Program-made: the position numbers and the translations under genes
Assembly (NCBI GenBank): GCA_963743885.1
Contig: CAVURJ010000001.1
Location: 140,949 to 204,948 of the forward strand
Direction of reading: 5' to 3'
Source of the DNA: Candidatus Moraniibacteriota bacterium
GTDB lineage: Bacteria; Patescibacteriota; Minisyncoccia; Moranbacterales; UBA1568
DNA length: 64,000 nt
Part shown: piece after piece, positions 54,206 through 62,911 of the stretch
How positions within the stretch are numbered: the first letter of the stretch is position 1
How the letters are laid out: every line of letters begins with the position of its first letter
Notes under the pieces: model-generated
What the model was told of the DNA's origin: nothing
The model's input: only the letters and a program-made list of their open reading frames with translations
Databases searched by the model: none

Positions 54206-55051
54206 ATGCTGTTCCCCAAGAAACGATACACACTATTCATCGGGAAGGATCGCATCGATCCTGGACTCGTCGTACTTCGTGACGAGCCTGTTTTTTATGC
54301 TGATGAAGCGTTCGCGTATACCGAAGAAACGTTCGCCTCGGTGCTTGCGGATGTCGGCCGGCTGGCGAAGGGCAGGAAGGCCCGCATCGTCCTCTCCGAG
54401 AGCCTGGTCTATGTGACGACGCTCCGGTTGCCGGCAGGGACAGCTCTCACTCGCGAACGTATCAGACAGGAGGCTGAAACATCGATACCGGAGGATTTGC
54501 AGGTGACAGACTGGGATTTCCAGGCGATCCGTTATGCATCCAAGCCGGGAGCGGATGGCGATGTGACGGTCCAGATAGCGGTTGTCCAGTCCGCATTCTC
54601 GCGGATGCTTCGGGAGGCATTGCCTGGAAGCGGCCTTTCCGTCGAGAGTATCGTGCCGGAATCATACGCACTCGCTCTCCTCGAGCCATCTCTCGCAGAG
54701 CTCTCAGTCATCATCGCGCAAAACGGTCCGGCGACGCTTCTGGCTGCTGTTCATGATGGATTTGTCGTCGCTTCCGAAACGAAGCGTGCTCTCATACCTG
54801 GAGATATCGAAGTATTTATCGCATTCGCTGAGCGGAAATCCGGTTTGTCTGTCGCGCGTCTTATGTGTTCTGGTGCCGATCTGCCGCTTCCGACCGCGTA
54901 TGCTCGCGAAAGCCGTGATCTGAATCCGCTCATCGGGGCGGCATCCGAGGAAAAAGTCTCAGGTGATGACGAAGCCGTGCTCAACCTCGCTTCAGCGGGA
55001 TCATTCCGCCGTACAGCACTCGGTTTCATCTCTTGGAATTCACGCCCCTAG
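54206..55051 (+). CDS. Hypothetical protein in pilus cluster (possible divergent PilM-like)
   Basis: 281-aa ORF between minor pilins and major pilin; no clear motif. Confidence 0.35.
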   Translation: MLFPKKRYTLFIGKDRIDPGLVVLRDEPVFYADEAFAYTEETFASVLADVGRLAKGRKARIVLSESLVYVTTLRLPAGTALTRERIRQEAETSIPEDLQVTDWDFQAIRYASKPGADGDVTVQIAVVQSAFSRMLREALPGSGLSVESIVPESYALALLEPSLAELSVIIAQNGPATLLAAVHDGFVVASETKRALIPGDIEVFIAFAERKSGLSVARLMCSGADLPLPTAYARESRDLNPLIGAASEEKVSGDDEAVLNLASAGSFRRTALGFISWNSRP

Positions 55052-55086
55052 CTGGTATCATGGACTCATGTAACCGATCGGACTAT

Positions 55087-55551
55087 ATGCAGCAGAAACA
55101 GAAAGGCTTTACTCTCATCGAGATCCTCCTCGTTATTGGCATCATCGCGGTTTTGGCGACGGTTGTTATCGTCGCACTCGATCCGGCTAAACGTTTTGCA
55201 GATGCTCGTGATGCGCGGAGACTGTCCGATATCCAGAGTATTCTTAATGCCACCCAGCAGTACATTATCGATAACAAGGGAGTGCTGCCATCGGGGCTTG
55301 ATACGACAGAGCGGCAGCTCGGTACGGCGAGTTCTGGCTGCAGCATCAGTGGTAACTGCGGTGTTTCTGGTGATGGGGATTGCCTCGATCTTTCGGGAGG
55401 ACTCGCCAAGTATTTGAAAGAGATGCCGTATGATCCACAGAATGGATCTTCTAGCACTACGCATTACTCCATCGTCGCTGATAGCAATGGTATCGTGACT
55501 GTGACCGCATGCGATTCTGTTGATACGACCATCGCATCGGTTTCCCGCTGA
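55087..55551 (+). CDS. pilA: Type IVa major pilin (PilA-like)
   Basis: MQQKQKG/FTLIEILLVIGIIAVLATVVIVAL; C-terminal Cys pair. Confidence 0.8.
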   Translation: MQQKQKGFTLIEILLVIGIIAVLATVVIVALDPAKRFADARDARRLSDIQSILNATQQYIIDNKGVLPSGLDTTERQLGTASSGCSISGNCGVSGDGDCLDLSGGLAKYLKEMPYDPQNGSSSTTHYSIVADSNGIVTVTACDSVDTTIASVSR

Positions 55552-55561
55552 TATCCTTTTT

Positions 55562-56131
55562 ATGCCAGAAAACGAATCAATCGAACAACCAGCAGTCTCC
55601 GATATCCCGGCCTCGAGGCCGTCCCGCGAGCCGCTTCTTGGGGCACTTCTTTTCGGCGTACTTATCATTGTGACGCTTGCTGCGGTGGCTGGCGCTGGAT
55701 ATGCCGCATACTCCGGATGGAAATCAGGCAAAGAACGCTCCGCCCGCCCGTCGATTGCTGAGCTTGCCGTGAAAGAGCGAGAGGCTGATCCGGCTCCGCA
55801 GGCCGCCGCACCAGCTGTCGAGACACCTGCTCAGCCCGCAGCCGATGCCAAGAGCAAGGAGATAAGTGTCATGAACGGCGGTGCAGCGAAGGGAACAGCT
55901 GGCACAGTCGCTGAGATGCTCAAGCAAGCAGGCTATACCAAGGTGACGCCCGGCAATACGGTGAAGGACTATTCCGGCACGGTCATCTATCATGCCGCCG
56001 GTCTCGAGCAAGAAGCCGCCGCGCTCAAGGAAGCGCTTATCAAGAAATATCCCACCGTCTCGATAAGCCCAGCTGTCGCCGGTAACAAGGAGACGAGCAT
56101 GGCACCGCTTACAGTCATCATCGGGAAATAG
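55562..56131 (+). CDS. LytR_C (LytR cell-envelope-related C-terminal) domain membrane protein
   Basis: TM + KEISVMNGGAAKGTAGTVAEMLKQAGYTKV...TVIYHAAGLEQEAAALKEAL. Confidence 0.6.
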   Translation: MPENESIEQPAVSDIPASRPSREPLLGALLFGVLIIVTLAAVAGAGYAAYSGWKSGKERSARPSIAELAVKEREADPAPQAAAPAVETPAQPAADAKSKEISVMNGGAAKGTAGTVAEMLKQAGYTKVTPGNTVKDYSGTVIYHAAGLEQEAAALKEALIKKYPTVSISPAVAGNKETSMAPLTVIIGK

Positions 56132-56177
56132 CGCCGGTCCTCGGGAGGGGCCGGCTTTTGTCTTGTATCAAGAGAGT

Positions 56178-57692
56178 ATGTCCGCACGAGCATATTCCGC
56201 CGCGACCATTGGCCTCGAGAGCGTTCTTGTTGAAGTGGAAGCCGATGTGCTTCCGCAGGGGCTGCATCATTTCAATCTGGTCGGTTTGCCGGATACGGCG
56301 ATCAAGGAATCGCGCGACCGCGTGGGAGCGGCGCTCAAGAACAGTGGCTTCCGTCCGCTCCATCAGTCCGGCCGCGTCACGGTCAACCTGGCGCCGGCGG
56401 ACCTGCCGAAGAATACGCCGATCTATGATCTGCCGATGGCGCTCTGTCTGCTCCTTGCGACCGAACAACTCTCGTTCGATCCTAGGCAGAAGCTTTTCAT
56501 CGGCGAGCTGGCGCTCGACGGAACGCTCCGACGCGTCCAGGGTGCGCTACCGATCGCGCTCTTCGCTCGGGAGAAGGGGTTTGCTGAAATCTATGTGCCA
56601 GAGGAGAATGCCAAGGAAGCAGCACTTGTTTCTGGCGTCGATGTCATACCAGTGAAAAGCCTGTTTGAGACGGTCCGGCATCTGAAAGGAGAGGCTCAAG
56701 TAAAGCCTTTTATCCGGGAAGACCGGACAGCAGCGCGCGCGGATGCTATGCTGGATATGGCCTATGTGCGCGGTCAGGAGCACGCCAAGCGAGCGCTTGA
56801 GATCGCCGCCGCTGGCGGACACAATGTGCTTTTCGTCGGACCGCCTGGGAGCGGCAAGACACTTCTTGCCAAGACACTTCCGACTATTCTGCCGGATCTC
56901 GATTTTGAAGAGAGTCTTGAGGTGACGAAGATCTTTTCGGTTGCGGGCCGTCTACCGAAAGACGCGCCGCTTGTCTCGACCCGGCCGTTCCGCGCGCCGC
57001 ACCATACAGCGAGCGCCGTCTCGCTCATCGGCGGCGGAGCCTTCCCCAAGCCCGGCGAGATCAGTCTCGCTCACAGGGGCGTACTGTTCCTCGACGAGTT
57101 TGCTGAGTTCTCGCGTCCTGTGCTCGAGAACCTGCGGCAGCCACTCGAAGACGGCACCGTGACGGTCTCACGTGTTCGGGGTTCGCTCGATTTTCCGGCG
57201 CGATTTATGCTCATTGCGGCGATGAATCCCTGTCCGTGCGGATACGCCGGCGACCCGGAGCGCATGTGCTCGTGCGCACCGCACCAAGCTGCCCGGTACA
57301 AGCAGAAGATTTCGGGGCCGATCATGGATCGTATCGATCTCCATGTCGAGGTGCCGCGGCTCAAGGTGGAGAAACTCCATGATGCGACGGAATCAGGTGA
57401 ACGGAGTGAAAGTATTCGGGAGCGCGTCGAGCGGGCGAGAGCCTTCCAGAAGCGGCGGTTCGAGAGTCCTCGCACCAATGCCGAGATGTCTTCGCAGATG
57501 GTGAAGGAACACTGTTCCCTCGATCCGGCTGCGAGCGATCTTCTCCGGAATGCCGTCTCACAGATGAAGCTGTCCGCCCGCGGCTATATGCGTGTGCTCA
57601 AGGTAGCGCGGACCATCGCGGATATCGAGGAGACGGAACGGATCAGCCAGTCGCATATCGCTGAGGCGTTGCAATACAGATTCAAAGAATGA
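56178..57692 (+). CDS. comM: YifB/ComM family Mg-chelatase-like AAA+ ATPase
   Basis: ARAYSAATIGLESVLVEVEADV..., VLFVGPPGSGKTLLAK Walker A. Confidence 0.85.
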   Translation: MSARAYSAATIGLESVLVEVEADVLPQGLHHFNLVGLPDTAIKESRDRVGAALKNSGFRPLHQSGRVTVNLAPADLPKNTPIYDLPMALCLLLATEQLSFDPRQKLFIGELALDGTLRRVQGALPIALFAREKGFAEIYVPEENAKEAALVSGVDVIPVKSLFETVRHLKGEAQVKPFIREDRTAARADAMLDMAYVRGQEHAKRALEIAAAGGHNVLFVGPPGSGKTLLAKTLPTILPDLDFEESLEVTKIFSVAGRLPKDAPLVSTRPFRAPHHTASAVSLIGGGAFPKPGEISLAHRGVLFLDEFAEFSRPVLENLRQPLEDGTVTVSRVRGSLDFPARFMLIAAMNPCPCGYAGDPERMCSCAPHQAARYKQKISGPIMDRIDLHVEVPRLKVEKLHDATESGERSESIRERVERARAFQKRRFESPRTNAEMSSQMVKEHCSLDPAASDLLRNAVSQMKLSARGYMRVLKVARTIADIEETERISQSHIAEALQYRFKE

Positions 57693-58663
57693 CGATGTAC
57701 GGAAGAACTACAAAAGCAGAGCTCTGGAAAAAAAGAGGGATGTATTCTCTCTTTTTCATCCTGCTCGTATCTGTGATTTTCTTTTTCATGCACGATAATC
57801 AGACAGTATGGGATACTGATGTGGTGAAGCAGGCGGTCATCGTCGATGACGGGTCGGCGTACCGAGTCTCTTTTTCCGGGACACCGAACATCAGTGATCT
57901 GCTCGCGTCTTCTGGTGTGCCAGCGGGCGAGCATGATGATGTGTTCCCGGCTCGGGATGCGAGGGCTTTGCCGGGCATGGTGGTGTCTGTAAAGCGCGCG
58001 AAGCCGCTCTTGGCATCCGTCGACGGTGGGACGAAGGAGTGGGAGACGCTTTTTGGTACTGTGGAAGAGGCACTGGCCGATGCCGGGATCGCGCTCGATG
58101 AGGACGATATCGTGAAGCCTGGCCGAGACGAAGCGGTGCATGACGGCATGAATATCACGATCATCCGGGTCGAGGTGCGCGAGGAATCCGTCGAGAAAGC
58201 GGTTGCCTTCGACAAGAAGGCGAATGAGGATGACAAGCTCTCCTGGAGGAAGACGGTAGTGACACAGAAAGGGGAGAAAGGCGTTGATCGTCTCACGTAT
58301 AGGGTGAGTTCACATGACGGCAAGGAGGTGGCGCGCAAACTTATCAAAACGGAGCGGATTAAGGAGCCGGTGACGGAGATCACGACCCAGGGGACGTATG
58401 TGAAGACAGGTAAGAGTCACACAGGCGCGGCTTCGTGGTATGCTTGGACTGGGACGATGGCCGCCGCCAACCCATGGCTTCCTATGGGGAGCTATGTGCG
58501 GGTGACCAACGTCGATAACGGCAAGTCGGTCATCGTGAAGATCAATGATCGTGGGCCATTCGTACCGGGACGCATCATCGACCTCGACAAGGTGGCTTTC
58601 CAGAAGATCGCTTCTATCGGCGCTGGTGTCATCAATGTGAAGATGGAAGAGATAGTCAATTAA
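57689..58663 (+). CDS. G5 + RlpA-like double-psi beta-barrel (3D/YabE-like) cell-wall protein
   Basis: TM anchor; C-terminal GAASWYAW...MAAANPWLPMGSYVRVTNVDNGKSVIVKINDRGPF. Confidence 0.55.
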   Translation: MTMYGRTTKAELWKKRGMYSLFFILLVSVIFFFMHDNQTVWDTDVVKQAVIVDDGSAYRVSFSGTPNISDLLASSGVPAGEHDDVFPARDARALPGMVVSVKRAKPLLASVDGGTKEWETLFGTVEEALADAGIALDEDDIVKPGRDEAVHDGMNITIIRVEVREESVEKAVAFDKKANEDDKLSWRKTVVTQKGEKGVDRLTYRVSSHDGKEVARKLIKTERIKEPVTEITTQGTYVKTGKSHTGAASWYAWTGTMAAANPWLPMGSYVRVTNVDNGKSVIVKINDRGPFVPGRIIDLDKVAFQKIASIGAGVINVKMEEIVN

Positions 58664-58679
58664 CAGTGAACAGCGAACA

Positions 58680-59486
58680 ATGAACATGGAACAAATGCCA
58701 GTACGGGCGAAGAAATCATTAGGGCAGAATTTTCTCAACGATGCCGAAGTCATCGAGCAGATCTTCGAGGCGGCCGGGCTCGTGAAGACTGACCACGTGC
58801 TTGAGATCGGCCCCGGGACGGGCGCGATGACCTTTCGCCTTTCTGATCGGGTAGAGAAGTTGGTCGCGATCGAGCTCGACCATCAGCTGGTGGAGCGTTT
58901 GCAGCAGCACTTCATCGATTCGAAGAGCGTCTCTATTCTCGAGGGAAATATTCTCGACGTGCATCTCGAAGAACTGCTCCATAGTGTCGGCTTTGCTGAC
59001 CATCCATACAAGATCGTCGCCAATATCCCGTACTACATCACGGCGCCGATCATCCGGACGCTCCTTTCGCTCGAGCATCAGCCACTCTCGATGACGCTCA
59101 TGGTTCAGAATGAAGTCGCTGACCGGCTCTCGGCCAAGCCGGGGGATATGAGCCTGCTCTCGATGATGGCGCAGTACTATGCTGAGGTCGAGAAGAAATT
59201 CGTCGTTCCGAAGGAAGCATTCGATCCGATACCGAAAGTGGATAGCGCTATCGTGCATATCACTCCAAGGCGGCCATATGATCCCGAAGAGGATCGCAAG
59301 GTGTTCAGATTGGCGCGGGCCGGCTTCGCAGCGCGGCGCAAGACCTTGGCCAATAATCTCGCCACGAGCCTTTCTGTGCCGCGCGAGGAGATCGAGCGCG
59401 GGCTTGAGTCAGTGGGACTACGGAAGGATATCCGCGCTCAAGCGCTTTCAGTGGCTGATTGGGAGGCTCTAAGGAAGATATGGTAA
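58680..59486 (+). CDS. rsmA: 16S rRNA (adenine1518/1519-N6)-dimethyltransferase RsmA/KsgA
   Basis: KSLGQNFLND...VLEIGPGTGAMT...IVANIPYYIT. Confidence 0.9.
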   Translation: MNMEQMPVRAKKSLGQNFLNDAEVIEQIFEAAGLVKTDHVLEIGPGTGAMTFRLSDRVEKLVAIELDHQLVERLQQHFIDSKSVSILEGNILDVHLEELLHSVGFADHPYKIVANIPYYITAPIIRTLLSLEHQPLSMTLMVQNEVADRLSAKPGDMSLLSMMAQYYAEVEKKFVVPKEAFDPIPKVDSAIVHITPRRPYDPEEDRKVFRLARAGFAARRKTLANNLATSLSVPREEIERGLESVGLRKDIRAQALSVADWEALRKIW

Positions 59487-59521
59487 GATAGGATACCAAG
59501 AGAGTCAGAGAGCTTCTGCTT

Positions 59522-60055
59522 ATGCGCTCCCAAGCGACCGAACAACTTTTTCTCGAGGTCTATGATGAGCATGCTGATGCTATCTATCGTTTTTGCTATT
59601 TCAAGCTGTTCGACAAGGAGAAGGCGGAAGAGCTGACACAGGAGGCTTTCATGCGGACGTGGGAGTACCTCGCTTCCGGCAAGGAGGTAGATAACCTCCG
59701 CGCGTTCGTCTACCGCGTGGCGCGCAACAGCATCGTCGATTATTTCCGCAAGAAGAAAGAGCTCTCGCTTGATGAGCTTCATGAGCAGGGCTTCGATGCT
59801 TCGATTGAAGATGCATCCCGCTGGGAGAATATCATCGATGGCGCCGACGCCATCCAGGCAATCCGGCTTCTGGATGAGAAGTACCGTGAGGCGCTCCTTC
59901 TGCGGCATGTCGACGGGATGGCGGTCAAGGAGATCGCTCTCCTGTGCGGAGAGACGGAAAACGCCATCTCGGTGCGGCTGCACCGGGGGCTCAAGCAGCT
60001 CAAGGAGGTCCTGCGGCCGGTACCCCGTAAGGAAAGCCGTCCCGGAACGTTGTAA
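59522..60055 (+). CDS. ECF-type sigma-70 family RNA polymerase sigma factor
   Basis: Region 2 (FMRTWEYL, VYRVARNSIVDYFRKK) and region 4 (AVKEIALLCGETENAISVRLHRGLKQLK). Confidence 0.8.
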   Translation: MRSQATEQLFLEVYDEHADAIYRFCYFKLFDKEKAEELTQEAFMRTWEYLASGKEVDNLRAFVYRVARNSIVDYFRKKKELSLDELHEQGFDASIEDASRWENIIDGADAIQAIRLLDEKYREALLLRHVDGMAVKEIALLCGETENAISVRLHRGLKQLKEVLRPVPRKESRPGTL

Positions 60056-60057
60056 CT

Positions 60058-61047
60058 GTGTTGTTATCAGGCCGTATTACTATGGATGAGGGATTTTTTA
60101 TACAAATCGTGAAGAAGGCTGGTGAAATGAGGCTTTCTCCCGAGAAGAAGGCCGCGTTCCGCCAGGAGCTCGAGCTAGCGATGGCGGTGCAGCCGCTGCC
60201 TCGCCGCGAATCAGTTGTCTTTGCTGTGCCGGATTGGCTTCGCGCCCATGGGTTGGCCTTCGCCTGCTCGATGGCTGGTGTCGTCGTCATCGTTTCCGGG
60301 ACAGGTGTCAGCTTGGCGGCCGAGCAGTCGCTTCCGGGTGATCGGCTCTATCCAGTGAAGACAGAAGTGAATGAGCGGTTGAAAGGAGCCTTTTTGCTAA
60401 CGCCTGAAGCGAAGATCACTTGGGAGATGGAGCGGGTGGAACGTCGCCTCACTGAAGCGGATGAGCTTTCTTCTGAGGGCCGGCTAGCTGACGATGTCCG
60501 CTCCATGATCGAGGATGATGCGACTGAACATGCTGACCGGGCCGAAGAGCTCGCTTCGGATGATGAGAAGGGGCATGTCGAAGAGCAGATCAAGGAGATG
60601 CTTGAGAGCCGGACGCGGGTCAAAGCGTCCTTCGAGAAGCGCAAGATAATCATCTCGGAGCGCGAGGAGGGCGAGCACGATGAGGAGAGCGAGCCATATG
60701 ATGACGAGGAGAATGATGAACGCGAACATCGCGGGTCTGAGGAAGAGAGCGATGATCAGCGGACCGCCTCTGTGAAGAGATCAGTGACAGGCGCCTCAGG
60801 GGTGACTGTCAGATCGGCCAGCGATAAGCGTGACGATAAGCATGATGAGGAGAAGCCGCCTACGAATGAGTCGTCTTTCGGTACGGCGGAGAAGAGTGGT
60901 GAGATTGAGAGCCATGCGTCATCAGGCGATTCTGATAAGGATGGAGGAGGAGATTCTGCGGATAGTGGAGATAAGGATGGGCATGGCGATGAGGATCAGG
61001 GGAACGAGAGTTCTGATGGATCCGGCAGCGATACGAGGAACGAGTAA
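60058..61047 (+). CDS. Putative anti-sigma factor-like membrane protein with acidic low-complexity C-terminus
   Basis: Immediately follows ECF sigma gene; single TM (LAFACSMAGVVVIVSG); alternative start 60082. Confidence 0.45.
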   Translation: MLLSGRITMDEGFFIQIVKKAGEMRLSPEKKAAFRQELELAMAVQPLPRRESVVFAVPDWLRAHGLAFACSMAGVVVIVSGTGVSLAAEQSLPGDRLYPVKTEVNERLKGAFLLTPEAKITWEMERVERRLTEADELSSEGRLADDVRSMIEDDATEHADRAEELASDDEKGHVEEQIKEMLESRTRVKASFEKRKIIISEREEGEHDEESEPYDDEENDEREHRGSEEESDDQRTASVKRSVTGASGVTVRSASDKRDDKHDEEKPPTNESSFGTAEKSGEIESHASSGDSDKDGGGDSADSGDKDGHGDEDQGNESSDGSGSDTRNE

Positions 61048-61055
61048 AGAAAAAA

Positions 61056-61090
61056 ATCAGCTCCAGCGAAGGAGCTGATTTTTTTTGAGA
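61056..61090. terminator. Bidirectional rho-independent terminator
   Basis: aaaaaaatcagctcc-agcgaa-ggagctgattttttttg. Confidence 0.75.
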
Positions 61091-61096
61091 CAGTGG

Positions 61097-62734
61097 TCAT
61101 TTGAAGAGCATCACCGCGATGATAGTGCCATAGCAGGTGATGAGTCCGAGGACGATACCAGGAAGCCGGCGGAATGTGAAGAAAGATTGCTCATCAGCGT
61201 TTCCTTGCTGGAGCGCCCAGAAGACAAGCGTACCGAAGAGGAAGGCGAAGAGGAAGAGCGATCGAGCGCTTAGGATGATCGGACTGGCCATGAAGAGGAT
61301 GAAGAACAGGCTGCCGATTAGGAGCTTGGCGATCGGTGCACCGAGTAGCACGGGAAGCGTATAGACATGGTCGAGTGCATCGCCCGCGATGTCTTTGAAA
61401 TCCTTGAGCGGGATGCAGAGCGCGTAGCCGATGAAGAGAAAGGAAAGAATCGGCAGGGGCAGCGTGTGGAGGCTATGTTCCGGTGAGACCGTGAGGAATC
61501 CCGTGATGAGCACGAGGAGTCCGGCGAAGGCGGCGAGGAGCGTGGCGATGCCGGGGAGGCGTTTGAGACGGAAGGGTGGAGCCGAATAGAGCCAGGCAAG
61601 CGCCTGATAGGCGAGCATGATGAGGAGCGCCGTGAAGCTCATGATGCCGGCGAAGAGGAGCGAAGCGATGAAGAAGAGGACCCCGAACGCCTTATAATGG
61701 TCGAGCGGGATAGTGTCTTTGATGAGCGGTCGCGTCGCGTTGGTCTTTTCGTCTATGCGTATGTCGTAGATGTCATTAGCGATCACCGAGGCGAGCCAGG
61801 CGCTTTCGACGGCCGCGAGGAGGACGAGGGCTCCTGTGATATGGAAGAAATCGATTTTAAAATCGGCGCCGGCGAAGACGGAAGCGAATCCCATGCCGAG
61901 AAAGAGTAATCCGCCATGCCAGATCATCTGCGGGAGCCTCGCGTTCTTCCAGAGAGCGATGAAATACCCGCGACATCCGCTCCAGAGAAGCTGGCCGACG
62001 AGCAGGACGGAGAGGGCGGCATAGATGATGCTCATCTTGGTGTTCAGGACACTGCGGAAATCGGAGAGGTCCCTCGCGAAGATATGTTCCGGTGTGAGGA
62101 AGAGTGCGGCGACGTCGGTTGCACTGATAGCGAGAAGACTCTTTTGGAAGACGAGGATACCGAGCGTAATCCATGACGGAAAGGTACCGAGTACGAAAAG
62201 TATGGCATAGGCCAAGAGAGCGACCAGGAGCGCCTTGCCGGGCTTCTCTGATTTGATGTAGGCATAAAGACCGAGGAGGATGGTCACGATGACGACTTCG
62301 ACGCGCACGCCATAGGTGATGCCGATGTCCGGCGTGTCGCCGAAGAGCGTGAAGAATCGGAGGATGAGCCCGCGGAGCCCATCGAATTCATAGAAGCTCC
62401 AAAAGTAGGATCCTTGGAAGATGAGGGTATCGATGATGGGTGGCGTGAGGATGATGAGGAAACCGAAGAGGAGGACATTTGCAGCTTTCCGGAAGTCGAC
62501 ACGGCCGGCGAAGCGGACGAGCGGCAGGATGAGAAGGAACGAGCAGAGGAAGAAGAGGAAGGTATGGGTGAACTCGAAGAAGTAGAAGAAGAACGAACGC
62601 GCTTCGAAGAGTCCGAGCGTATTCTCGACGGTGAGCCGGGCGATGATGAGCGCGAAAAACGCCGCGACGAACGTCGGTAGCGTGAGGGGTGTGTCTTCGA
62701 TGTTTTTGATGACGGAATCGACGAATCGACGCAT
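61097..62734 (-). CDS. Polytopic membrane protein with C-terminal UbiA-family prenyltransferase domain
   Basis: NDIYDIRIDEKTNATRPL matches UbiA NDxxDxxxD...RPL signature; start re-assigned to Met148 of the 61097-63175 ORF (MRRFVDSV), the N-terminal 147 aa being non-coding-like and overlapping a divergent gene. Confidence 0.6.
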   Translation of the reverse strand: MRRFVDSVIKNIEDTPLTLPTFVAAFFALIIARLTVENTLGLFEARSFFFYFFEFTHTFLFFLCSFLLILPLVRFAGRVDFRKAANVLLFGFLIILTPPIIDTLIFQGSYFWSFYEFDGLRGLILRFFTLFGDTPDIGITYGVRVEVVIVTILLGLYAYIKSEKPGKALLVALLAYAILFVLGTFPSWITLGILVFQKSLLAISATDVAALFLTPEHIFARDLSDFRSVLNTKMSIIYAALSVLLVGQLLWSGCRGYFIALWKNARLPQMIWHGGLLFLGMGFASVFAGADFKIDFFHITGALVLLAAVESAWLASVIANDIYDIRIDEKTNATRPLIKDTIPLDHYKAFGVLFFIASLLFAGIMSFTALLIMLAYQALAWLYSAPPFRLKRLPGIATLLAAFAGLLVLITGFLTVSPEHSLHTLPLPILSFLFIGYALCIPLKDFKDIAGDALDHVYTLPVLLGAPIAKLLIGSLFFILFMASPIILSARSLFLFAFLFGTLVFWALQQGNADEQSFFTFRRLPGIVLGLITCYGTIIAVMLFK

Positions 62735-62911
62735 ATGTATGGCTATAATCCATTGAATATATGCTCTTATAGTAGCATCGCTTGGCGGTCTGGACAAAAT
62801 CGTTATTTTCTGGTATAAAGGACAGTTCGCATCAGATAGGGGAAATCCCTGAAAATGCGATATGGGTAGTTCGTGAACAATTTCTTTTGCAGTTTTTTCG
62901 AGGAGAAGACC

